64,000 nucleotides of DNA from Bispira polyomma (Eukaryota), in contig OZ287751.1 in NCBI GenBank assembly GCA_965649765.1, positions 70,060,001 through 70,124,000 of the forward strand, read 5' to 3'. The notes under the pieces are model-generated. The model did not search any database. It saw only the letters and a list, made by a program, of their open reading frames with translations, and was not told the origin of the DNA. Positions 1 through 12,300 of the stretch are shown here, piece after piece. The position numbers and the translations under genes are program-made. Numbering within the stretch: position 1 is the stretch's first letter; each line of letters starts with the position of its first letter.

Positions 1-157
1 AGGTGTAAAAGTTTTCCCAGGAGAGTGGTAACGGTAAAATCTCTACACACACTGATGCAGCGGCGTAACGAAGTGTAATCCATAGTATCCACCAGAGTTT
101 TTTGGTGGATACAATAAGGGGTGAGCAGAAGCGTCCTAAGAGTCAGATGATACTCAC

Positions 158-344
158 GCGGTATCCTGGTGACATTGGCGTCTGTAAACACCAGTAAGCC
201 TGCGTATGAAAACGTCTGGTTTGCGTCCACACCGTAGTTGGGAGCCGGGAAGTTGACGTAATGGTCCTCCTCTTCAGGAAGCTTCCATTTCCAACCAAAG
301 CTACTGTTCATATGTGTGTCATACGATCGCAGTTCTTCTATAAC
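158..344 (-). CDS. Mcr: Mcr exon 15 (VIEELRSYD...FPAPNYGVDANQTFSYAGLLVFTDANVTRIP)
   Basis: Acceptor tattag, donor gtgagt; AGLxVFTD motif preceding the bait/LDLa region. Confidence 0.92.
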
Positions 345-3300
345 CTAATATCAAGTGTGAAAAGCAGGTTGTTCATACAAACATATTACAAAAAATATTA
401 GAAAAATGCCACATGCCTGAAATTTCTATCTGTAAACATTTTATCAAAGTCTAAAGAAATCATCATTACCTTGTCATTCTGAAACAGGAATATATTTATC
501 CACAAAATGTCCATTTTAAGCGATCATTCGATTAATCTTTTCCTCCATGTTATTTATCTTGATATCATATCATATGTAGCCGACAGCATTTGTTATTCGG
601 AATTCTCCATTGGGTCTTCTCTTGGGGTTGAAAGGGTTAAGATGATTTTTAAAGGGACTTTCATACACTATTATCTTATAATGAATAATGCATTAGGTAC
701 CTTATCGCTCAATAAAATATTGGTTACAATACTTTTTTAAATGTTTCATCTTGCTTTAGTTTAAGTTCACAGAAAAGTACAGTTTTTGTACATAATAGGC
801 CTTTAAAATGTTAAAGAATGTTAATGTTGTTGTGGAATACCATGTGATTTCTTTTGTAATCATAGTTCAACACTTAATACAGACATTTTAGTCATATGGT
901 TATGACATAAGAAGTCAACAAGAGAAGAATGGCCTGGCGGCCATATCATGTTAATGCCACTACAACGCAAGTTACTGACGAGTACAAAAATAGTGAACCA
1001 GTCACTAGTTAGAGGTCAAATAGTTTCCGGGCCAAAAATAGTGTACCATCAGTAAAAAGAAAGGGACAGAAAATCAGTCTATAATATTATTCTCTTTTAT
1101 TATGGCTCACAGCTCTCGATTTTTTATAAACATAAAATATTAAACAAATAAAGGGTACTTGCTCCTATTTGATTGGCCATAGAAATACTCTTTACTACAC
1201 CTAATTCATAAGAACGAACACGTGATCTTCTTATACATATCGGTGGCGACAATAAAAAATTTAAAATGTAGTTTATCCTACATATTACCGAATAAAAAGC
1301 TGGTATAACTTAAAATAAGTAAATTAATGCCTTTCGAAATGTCCGATATAAACAATTATTTTAAAATGTGTACATCTCAGTGAGTAATATTGGGACAGAA
1401 TTTAATTTTGTAAATAATTTCAGAAAGTGTATAAATTACTCTTGATAGTCATATGACTCTTAAGTAGCTTTACTGTTAATTTTTATAACAGAAATGTGAG
1501 AGATCTGTCTTTGCTATAACATTGCTGTCTCGACATTTTGGGTAAATTTTGCGTCTTGATAGGAATAAATTAGCAATAGGATATCGATTGGATGTTCAGA
1601 AGATCACCTGTTCTTTCTCAGTACTCTACTTTCATTCACAAAAGCAACAAAAGCTATGCATTATTGAAACAGCTGATGAGATCACTTAATTTATTCTATG
1701 AAGACAGGGCATATGTCCTGTCTAGAAACCGAAAAACCGAAAATGGGCGGTAATGGACCCTTTAATCAAATCTGATGATCCCAAAAACATAAATATGGCT
1801 GTTTCTCCCTTAGTTGTAGCTGTATTAATACCATATTACAAATGAATTGTCACTGAAACAGACACAATATGTATGCAAAATATGAAAGCTGAAATGTTTG
1901 TAAGTTCTGAGATTACCCTGTCGACAGAGAGATACATAGGTATCACCATGGTTACCTATGTCATTCCACTATACCCCCCCATATTTATAGGAAAGCATGG
2001 TTAAGCCAATAAGCATTGGCATAATCATGCAAAAAAGTGTATGCTCCATTCATCTTTGGACACGTAAACAGCTGACTGGATAGTCCACAGAAACATTGGC
2101 CATTCTATAGCTCATTCTGTAGCTCAGTGGACAATTCACAGAGTAATGGTCCCGATAGTTAGCTGCTTTGTCTAAACAGAGTCAGACGCTGCTACCCACA
2201 TCACTAAAAAGCCAGGCTCACTAGCAAGATGTTTGAACACGACCTGCTAGATATTAGATCATTATCATTGATTTCCTATTATGCATTCCTTGAGCTGCAT
2301 TGGATACAATGTACTCATAATACTATTACATACCATGCCTTCTAGTGAGAACAGACTTCAGTTCTGTATACACTTAACTACTACACTCTCTTGGCTTTTT
2401 TGACAGGTATGTGGCACTCTTACCTGACATCTTCACCATGTAATGGTCCCGATCATTGAGCTGCTTTGTTTACACAGATGCAGACACATTACTCTCATGC
2501 TAAAAAGCCTGGCCTACTAGCAAGTGTAATTATTGAAAGAAAGTTGCACCTCAGCTGGGATTCGACCTCTTGTTCTCCACACACAAAGAGGGTGCTAAAT
2601 AACAGTTAAACTAGAGGGGAAACCGCAGAGCACAAGTTATTAATGCGGACATATACACTAGGATATTATTCTTCAAGTTGTTTTAAAAAAACCTGCTGGA
2701 TGTTAGACTATTATTATTCATTTTCTATTAAGCACTCCTTAATCTGCATATTATACAATGTACTAACAGCTATTATTGACTCACCATGGACTCTGTGATA
2801 AAGGTACCGTAGCCATATGCCCAAAGTTCGTAGTCAATGCCGTTGAATCCAATGAAGGAGGAGGGGTCAGTCCAGGAGTTGACTTCCACGGTGTCTCCAG
2901 TGAAGTCCTTACCTCTGCTAAACCTGGCTTCCAACTGGGGAAATGAGGAGTACAAGACTTAATGTGGTGAATTAGTACATAACATGGGAAGATACAAATA
3001 TCTACTATCCATTTACACATTAGATTTATGAACTGACCGAAGTACCAAAGTGTTAAATTGCATACAAGTTTAACCTTTGACACACTTTGCAAATAGAAGG
3101 CTCATTGCTGAAGCATAAATTTAAGATTAAGATTGGTAGATTGGTAGAGTTTGCTTCCAATCAATTGCCTTTCACTTCTTTTGACATTGGTTTAAATGCC
3201 ACTGTTTCCCTCATGTGGGAAAGTATGTCATGTAGTTACTATAGTTCGATGGTTGACAGTACACATCTAAATTCCTATCTTTAACATTAAATCTGGCCAT

Positions 3301-6300
3301 TGCCATGATTTATAAAATCTGATGTTGCTCCTTAGAAGATACCTGGCATACAAAAAAGTATATTTAAAATCCACAATACAAAACAATACAAAATCATCAT
3401 CACGTAAGTAAGACTCAACTTTGGCATATTGTAGGTTCATTATGAGCATTATGTAGGCCGTGGCAAGAGATCTGCATCACTACTAGTAGACGTATTTCAC
3501 AGACGGAATCCTTTGAATCTGTGTAATCTAGATTATGATCTGGATTTGTTAAATTTGCTAAATTTGTGAAATGCAGAAGTTGGGTTTAGATTCAAAATTG
3601 CTACCTATGATAAATATTTTATTATTACACATTTAAAATAGAGTATTCCTCAAATTCATCTTTTCATCCATTTTTGCAATGAATTGTGGGTAATTATTCA
3701 ATCTGAATCTGCTGAACTACCTCTTGAGGAAGATCAATAGATCACTGATCCGGTTCACTATTCGCTGCATTTCACAACCGAATCCATTGATCTACAAATC
3801 TAGATTCAACTGATTGTGTCTGTGAAATACACCTACTGACATAAAAACCGAGAGACACTTGGTGGTTACTAAACCTTGAACAATTCAAATGCCATGTGCT
3901 CCAGGTTAATTAGATATTATTGCCAGGGCAGTTAAATTTATGATAATTTGCCAGCCTCACACAAGCTAAAAATTCATTTTAAAAATATCTGTAAACCTAT
4001 TATTGCTCGCATATTAAAATTTAAATGTTAAAAAATGAAAATGCAATATATATAAAATTAATAATGCATAGAATGCCAGGGTGGTCACCAGAGACACATA
4101 TATATATATATTGTGAATTCTAATATCCAGATTTTTTTAGATTATTATAAATGACTTGTATAATAAGAAAATATTTGAGCCAAAGAAATTAAAAAATAAT
4201 AATTAAATGGAGTGAATGCTGCATTAAAACCTTTTAAGGTTTCCACCCTGGGCACTCTAACTCTTATCATTTTGAAATAATATGAAGGAGAATCAGACAC
4301 TAGGATGCTAACTATGGCAGTATCTGAATCCACTTCACACTGAGAAATTGCCTAAGATATAGTATGAACTTTAGCATAATTAAGCTTACGTTATTAATCC
4401 TGGTTCCGTTGACAAAGAAGTTGAAGGAGTCTGCTATGACTTCTCCCTGGTAGACGTGCCACATGACCAAGTGAGTCTCTGGGATCATGTCACGGGACAC
4501 GGACAGTGCAAAGGTCTTCTGACGCGAGCTCATCTCTAACATACCCCCAGTAATGATGTTCCCCCCACAGGTTACCTGTAATAGTGATAAAAACATAGGG
4601 AGGTGTGAGAGTTTAATGAAGGTCGTCTAATATAGCCTTATCTCTAACATACCTCTAATGATGATGTTACCTCCAAAGGTTACCTGTAATAGTGATAAAA
4701 CAGGGACGTGTGAGAGAGTTTAGTGAGTATATCATATAGACGGTAAAAGGTCTTCTAATGTGTGACCTCATCTCTAACTTACCTCTAGTGATGATGTTAC
4801 CTATAATATAATGATAAAACAGGGATGTGTGAGAGAGGAAAATCAACAGAAATTCAATGAAATTTTTAAGTGGACAAGGTCAAGGGTAGCCCTAGGCCAA
4901 AGCCAGTGCCACCCATATAGCTACCACATAATTGAGTACTGCCTGAAGTTTTACACTGAACTTACCACATAATGTACCTCTCCACAAATAGAATAGTGAT
5001 TATTAGTGGCCATAGTGAAGGAGTGGGGAGGCTGTAGAAGTAATGTACAGGTAAATATAGGCTTTAGTTTATCCTTTTATTCATCACACAAAGTACCCTC
5101 TATACAAGGTTAACCCTTAACTCACCACATAATGTACCCTCTATACAAGGTTAACCCTTAACTCACCACATAATGTACCCTCTATACAAGGTTAACCTTC
5201 AACTCACCACATAATGTACCCTCTATACAAGGTTAACCTTTTACTCACCACATAATGTACCTCTCCACAAATAGAATAGTGATTATCAGTGGCCATAGTG
5301 AAGGAGTGGGGAGGCTGTAGAAGTAATGTACAGGTAAATATAGGCTTTAGTTTATCCTTTTATTCACCACACAAAGTACCCTCTATACAAGGTTAACCCT
5401 TGACTCACCACATAATGTACCCTCTATACAAGGTTAACCCTTAACTCACCACATAATGTACCCTCTATACAAGGTTAACCTTCAACTCACCACATAATGT
5501 ACCCTCTATACAAGGTTAACCCTTAACTCACCACATAATGTACCCTCTATACAAGGTTAACCTTCAACTCACCACATAATGTACCCTCTATACAAGTTTA
5601 ACCCTGTACTCACCACATAATGTACCCTCTATACAAGGTTAACCTTTTATTCACCACTTAATGTACCCTCTATACAAGGTTAACCTTTTACTCACCACAT
5701 AATGTACCCTCTATATAAGTTTACCCCTGTACTCACCACATAATGTACCCTCTATACAAGTTTAACCCTGTACTCACCACATAATGTACCCTCTATACAA
5801 GGTTAACCTTTTATTCACCACATAATGTACCCTCTATACAAGGTTAACCCTGTACTCACCACATAATGTACCCTCTATACAAGGTTAACCCTTAACTCAC
5901 CACATAAAGTACCCTCTATACAAGGTTAACCCTTAACTCACCACATAAAGTACCCTCTATACAAGTTTAACCCTTAACTAACCACATAATGTACCCTCTA
6001 TACAAGTTTAACCCTTAACTCACCACATAATGTACCCTTTAGACAAGTTTAACCCTGAACTCACCACATAATGTACCCTCTATACAAGTTTAACCCTTAA
6101 CTCACTACATAATGTACCCTCTATACAAGGTAAACCTTTTACTCACCACATAATGTACCCTCTATACAAGTTTAACCCTTAACTCACTACATAATGTACC
6201 CTCTATACAAGGTAAACCTTTTACTCACCACATAATGTACCCTCTATACAAGTTTAACTCTTAACTCACCACATAATGTACCCTCTATACAAGGTTAACC

Positions 6301-9300
6301 TTTTATTCACCACATAATGTACCCTCTATACAAGGTTAACCCTGTACTCACCACATAATGTACCCTCTATACAAGTTTAACCCCTAACTAACCACATAAT
6401 GTACCCTCTATACAAGTTTAACCCTCAACTCACCACATAATGTACCCTCTATACAAGTTTAACCCTTAACTCACCACATAATGTACCCTCTATACAAGGT
6501 TAACCTTTTACTCACCACACAATGTACCCTCTATACAAGTTTAACCCTTAACTCACCACATAATGTACCCTCTATACAAGGTTAACCCTTAACTCATCAC
6601 ATAATGTACCCTCTATACAAGTTTAACCCTTAACTCACCACATAATGTACCCTCTATACAAGTTTAACCCTTAACTCACCACATAATGTACCGTCTATAC
6701 AAGTTTAACCCTTAACTCACCACATAATGTACCCTCTATACAAGTTTAACCCTGAACTCACCACATAATGTACCCTCTCCACAAAGGTATTGGTGGCTAC
6801 AGTGAAGACCATGTACTGGTCCACCAGTGGGGAGGCTGTGGAGGAGGTGATGTACAGGTAACTTTCTGTAGGTGAGTAGTGTCTGGCAGCTGTCACCTCG
6901 ATCCTGTCCTCATTGAAGTTATCATAGTAAGCCTATAGAATGATACAAGAAATTATACAGACGGAAAATCCTCTATTATCTAAATACCCGGTACTCCAAT
7001 TTTATAAACTCATCCCATGGCCTAGTGGTTAAAAAGTTAAAGCTGATGATCATTAGGTGTCCGGTTTGAATTACAGTAATGCTGTAATGGTTACTTGGGG
7101 ATATCATCGTTACGCAATATATGGCATATGACCATGCTATTACACTACTGTTGACGACCAATGCTGTGTTGTAGGAATATCCCTTCTCAGAGAATGAATG
7201 ACTTACAGGATGACATATCAATAAATGTGCCATACAAATGCTTCAAAATAACCAAATAAATTTCTAATCTCCCAAATTTGTTTTTACCTACTACAGTTTA
7301 ACCCTTTTAAGTCGAACTTCAAAGGACCAGGTCAAATACCTCTACATATGCAGAATTTTACACATAACAGAGTAGATTTTGAAATGAGAAAGTTTCTGTT
7401 CGTCTATAAATTTTTTTTTTCACACAAAAAAAAAAAATTGACTTAACAAAGTTCTACTTAAAGGGGATTGATTGTATTTTATATATGTAATTGTGTGTTT
7501 GTAGTTTGATATCTCTCCAGCTGACATTGAACAATTGACACCCCAGCCTTCCATTTTTGTCAACCAATTGTTCAATGTCAGCTCCCCCAGGGAGCATACT
7601 AGCCATTGCTGCCACATACAGCACAGAGACAAGCACTCATTAGCGGCTAAATTGCTCTTTTTATACACCTTGGTAGAGAGGGAGAAATTTGTGTGAAGTG
7701 CCTTATCCAATGGTACAATCTGTTAAGTACCTTGCTCAAATTGTACAATCTGCAATAATTGATCCTGCAACTCTCCGACCCGAAGTCAAATGCTCTAACC
7801 ACTAAGCCACAGCAACCATCCTAACCTCTAATGAGGTATTTCAATGTTAATAATTATAAATAAGAACAGATTCGGAGAGTGAAAGATTTTATAAGTATAG
7901 GTTAGGATCCATGTTAGTGTTCTCTCTCTGGAAATAGAGACCAGGGGCCGGTTTCACCAAACATCCTTAGTCTTCTCCCTCCTTTAACTAAAGAAAGAAG
8001 CTCTTCCTTCCTTTGGTAAGGCCTCCCTTAAATCCGGTTTCACCAAGCCTCCTCTAAAACGATTCATGAATACTACACCAGCCATAACAAAAACTTAATT
8101 TTCACTGAATTACAGTTCATTTAAATAGTAACTTTCATTCCGTAAGGCCATTTCCTTGAATCAAAGGTAGCTCCTCAGTTTAAGGGAATACCCTTAAAAT
8201 CTAAGGAGCTCCTTTATTAAAGGAGGTTTGATGAAACTCATCTTTATTAAAGGAAGGGGAAAATCTTAGATTTAAGGAGCTCCTTTATTTGGGAAACTGG
8301 CCCCAGTTACTCATTCTTTTCGGGATCTTAATTACTGTTCTCTAATTTCAAAGAGAAAACACAAACAAAACCAAAAAGTCAGTTTATATGGACGGCTGTA
8401 GTAAGCCCCATCCAATAACTTACAGTGATAGTTATAAATGTGGCGTATTCGTGGGGTACAAATCTGTAGTGGGCGATACCGTCGTCTCCCACCAAGAACT
8501 TGTCCTGGAAGCTCCTGGTGCCTTGAGAACCTTCTTCTGAACGATCTACAGTGACTTGTCGTCTGTTGCGGAACAAAGGGGTCCCGTCTTTGTGGACTGC
8601 AGCGTACTGTAGGATGGATAGTGGTGACAAGAGTGTTGATAAGAGTTACATACACACAACACAGCTATCATAGTGTTACAATTGCAATAATATTTAAACT
8701 TAAGTCATAACATATCACTTTTTGTAGCACCATAATCACATTGAAATATTTCTAAAGCACTGTACAATTTGGTGATTCTAAATTCCTATTAGCTAAATAT
8801 CTGTTTTTAAAAATGAGTAAATTCACAATTAAAGCCTTGGAAATTGACGCAAATGCTGTCTGTTTCTAAAACATTTTCATGGGCACCAAGTGATATAAAA
8901 TATATTTATAAGATGGTCCATATACAATCATAGTGAAATAGGATATGTGGCATAGTGTGTAATAAAATAGCAAAATTACATGAGTGGTGTGTATGATTAA
9001 ATTATATAATAATAAAATGGGTTAATTAGTGCTTTTAATACCAGATAAAGGCAGAGCTATGTGCACTGAATATGAATTTGAATAGGACCAGTACATACAT
9101 ATACATCCATGGTCTGGTTGGGTTTGAACACTCTGGAGGTGTCTCCCAGTAACTGGAGTTTGACCAGGTTGTCATACACCACACAAATGGCTGAGCCTGT
9201 GGCTGACTGTATTAGGAACCAGTCATAGACTTCAGCTGTGACCTTCAATTCCTTGTCAGCTATAGATTCCCCAAAGGGCTCCAGGGCTTCACTGAGCTCC

Positions 9301-12300
9301 TTCATGGTAAACAAGAAGTCCTGTACACCTGGAAACTAGAACAAACAACAGATTGAAAAGATAAATACTTTGCAGTACATTGGCTTGGTGGAGCTCCTTC
9401 ATGGTAAAGAAGAAGTCCTGTACAACTGGGAACTGGAACAAACAACAGATTAAAAACATAACAACTTGGCAGTACATTGGCTTGGCGGAGCTCCTTCATG
9501 GTAAACAAGAAGTCCTGTATACCTGGGAACTAGAACAAACAACAGATTGAAAAGATAAATACTTGGTAGACTACACTTGAGTCTCCTTTTTATAGTAGTC
9601 CCCTGTGGCACAGTGGTTAGAAAGTTGGTCTAATGATTAAAAGGTTCTGGGTTCTACTCCCGGTACCAGTTGCTAGATTCACTGGTGAGATAACATCCTT
9701 GGGCAAAATGTGTACATGCGTTTGCCTAGTGGCTCGGATGACCACTTAAAATGGCAGTCCTCTGTCACTGGGTCCTATCCCTATTGGTAGGCTAAAGGTC
9801 CTTGGTGACGTTGATAAATTGTCATCCTCAAACCTCTCTCTTCAGCCTTTTAATATTTGATTTTAACAGAACCTTAAGAATTTTACTTTGGTACAAATAT
9901 TAAGTGCTATGGGTGCCACTACAACTTCTCATTTAAGTAGAGTTACTTTTGTGCTTCCAAACAAGGATCTTTTTATTGAACTTTACCCTTTGTAATCAAC
10001 AGCACTTTATTAGTCCACTGAAAGTTCAGTACGTTATGTATGAGCTAATAGGTCAAGGCCAAGATATAAATAGCAACTAAATGCTTAGACGTATTGATTT
10101 TTCTCACTGATCTTACAGCACACTTGCGGAGTATTTTCTTCACATCTAAAATGTACATATTTTCCATGAACAGTAAGCCAATTCAGCATTCCGAGTGCGC
10201 ATGTATAAATGGCGGTATGTGTGCTTCGGTTCGGGATAAAAAAAACACTAAAAGCTTACTAAAACAGATCACGTATTTACATTTTCTGAAATTAAATATT
10301 ATAATGCACAATTATTACAAAACTGAGCTTATAATCGAGAAGCTCTCATTAAAACCTTTTTTTAGATACCAACGTTGCCTATATTAAAAGTTTATATTAT
10401 TTTTTTTAATTATTTCTAAAATTTGAAGTGGAAAGAAATTGCCGGCATTTTGCGGGATTTCTAAATCCTCTATCATTATCGCTTACATATGCTTTTATTT
10501 ATCCCGACGTAGACATGCGCACTCGAAATGCTGAATAGGCTTATACCTTACTACAACTTTAACTCCTGTCAAAGTGCAGGGCCCGTATTCACTAACAAGT
10601 TAAATCCTATTCCTAACTTAGATTTCAGGTATTGTGGCTATATTTTACTAACTTAGATGCAAGTGGTATTCACGAAAGAAAATTTATTTACTTTGGAGAG
10701 AAAACTTACTTAGATTTCAAGTAAGCAGATGAGGTACCTTAGATTTCTTTCCTAACTTTGATTCTAAGTAAAACTTAAGTAAGTAGAGTTTTTTCACTTG
10801 TTGGTGAATACCACTTCTAAGGAAATCTTTGGAAAAATTTACTTACTTTGGAAAGTAAGTAAATTTTTTTTTTTACTTGTTCGTGAATACGGCCCCAGGT
10901 TATTTCTCCTTTGATCCCACAAGATATTTAATTGCACATGATTTAAGTGTGTGCTGTATTTATCTCCACCAAGGAAGTTATGTTTTCACCTGGGTCTGTT
11001 TGATAATTTGTAACCATGATTACATAAAACTACTGCACCAATTAACATGAAATGTAGTTATAGTGGAAGCATCGGCCACAAAGAAGGCATGAAATGTTAG
11101 AGTTAGATCCAGGTAGAATGGTGTATCCAGGAATTTTAAAACTTTTTGGCAATGTTACACCTTGGCTGGCAGATTTACTTAGTGCACTTCTAGTTACTTA
11201 CGTAGCTTTAGTGTCACAATGATTGCACAAATGATACTGAAATAATTTAGAAGTGATAGGTGCTGGAATAGGGCACAAGTTAAGGTAGAATTGATTAAAT
11301 TTTGTAGCAGAATTAAGCATTTATTTTGACACTGTGGCACTTTTGTGGAGATATGTGCTCTACTGAGTGCCATTCTTGTTGTATTTACTTCTACTTATAT
11401 ATCTCTCCTCATGTTTATTTCTTTGTTTGTCACCAGGATTATACAAAAACTACTGAACTAATTTACATGACATGTGAAGTATTGATGGGGCATTGACCAA
11501 GGTCAAATCAAATAAATTTGGAAGTGCATTCTTGATATAGAATGTTGAATTCTGGGGCCATATTAAAAAAAAGTTATAGTCTTCACTAAGTCTTAAGGCT
11601 TAAGATTATGGTCTTTGATTTGGGCAAAAAATGTTAAGATTTTAAGGTTAACTTTGCTTTTAACACTAAGACTTAACAGTATGTAGTCTTAAATATTATA
11701 TACATATACATTGTAGTATATGTTAAGCTTAAGACTAAGAGCTTTTGTTAATAGGGCCCCATGATTTTGTTCCCAGTTTTTGTCACTGTAGCTCCTTGAT
11801 GGTGGAGGGTATGCACTCATACTGAGAAGCCTATTAGTTCTATCTACTTGCACTTACGTATCTCTCCTCATGTTCCACAGTGGTGATAGGCCCCTCCCCT
11901 TCCTCCCTCTCCCCAGGGGGTCGCCATATGTCAACCTTCACCTTACTTCTACCCAAGACGGGCTGTCCCAAACTCAAGCTGTAAAACATTGAGTAATAGC
12001 GGCCATTGAACAACTCTTACTATGGTGAACAGGGCTTGTCTCTAGTAATAGTGGCCATCGAACAACTCTTACTATGGTGTACAGGGCTTGTATCTAGTAA
12101 TAGAGGCCATCGAACAACTCTTACTATGGTGTACAGGGCTTGTATCTAGTAATAGAGGCCATTGAACAACTCTTACTATGGTGAACACGGCTTGTATCTA
12201 GTAATAGGGGCCATTGAACAACTCTGACTATGATGAACAGGGTTGTATCTAGTAATAGGGGCCATTGAATAAGGACAAGAAATAATGTATGCTCTCAGCT

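Noticed and set aside
4955-6785. CRISPR-like array
   Set aside because: Eukaryotic context, no unique spacers and no cas genes; it is a head-to-tail minisatellite. The same applies to the 26 kb and 30 kb arrays, and the 31.8 kb palindromes are too degenerate and irregular.
9598-9680. tRNA genes at SINE heads (also 20471, 38514, 63150)
   Set aside because: Degenerate A/B boxes with no complete cloverleaf, each followed by SINE body sequence.
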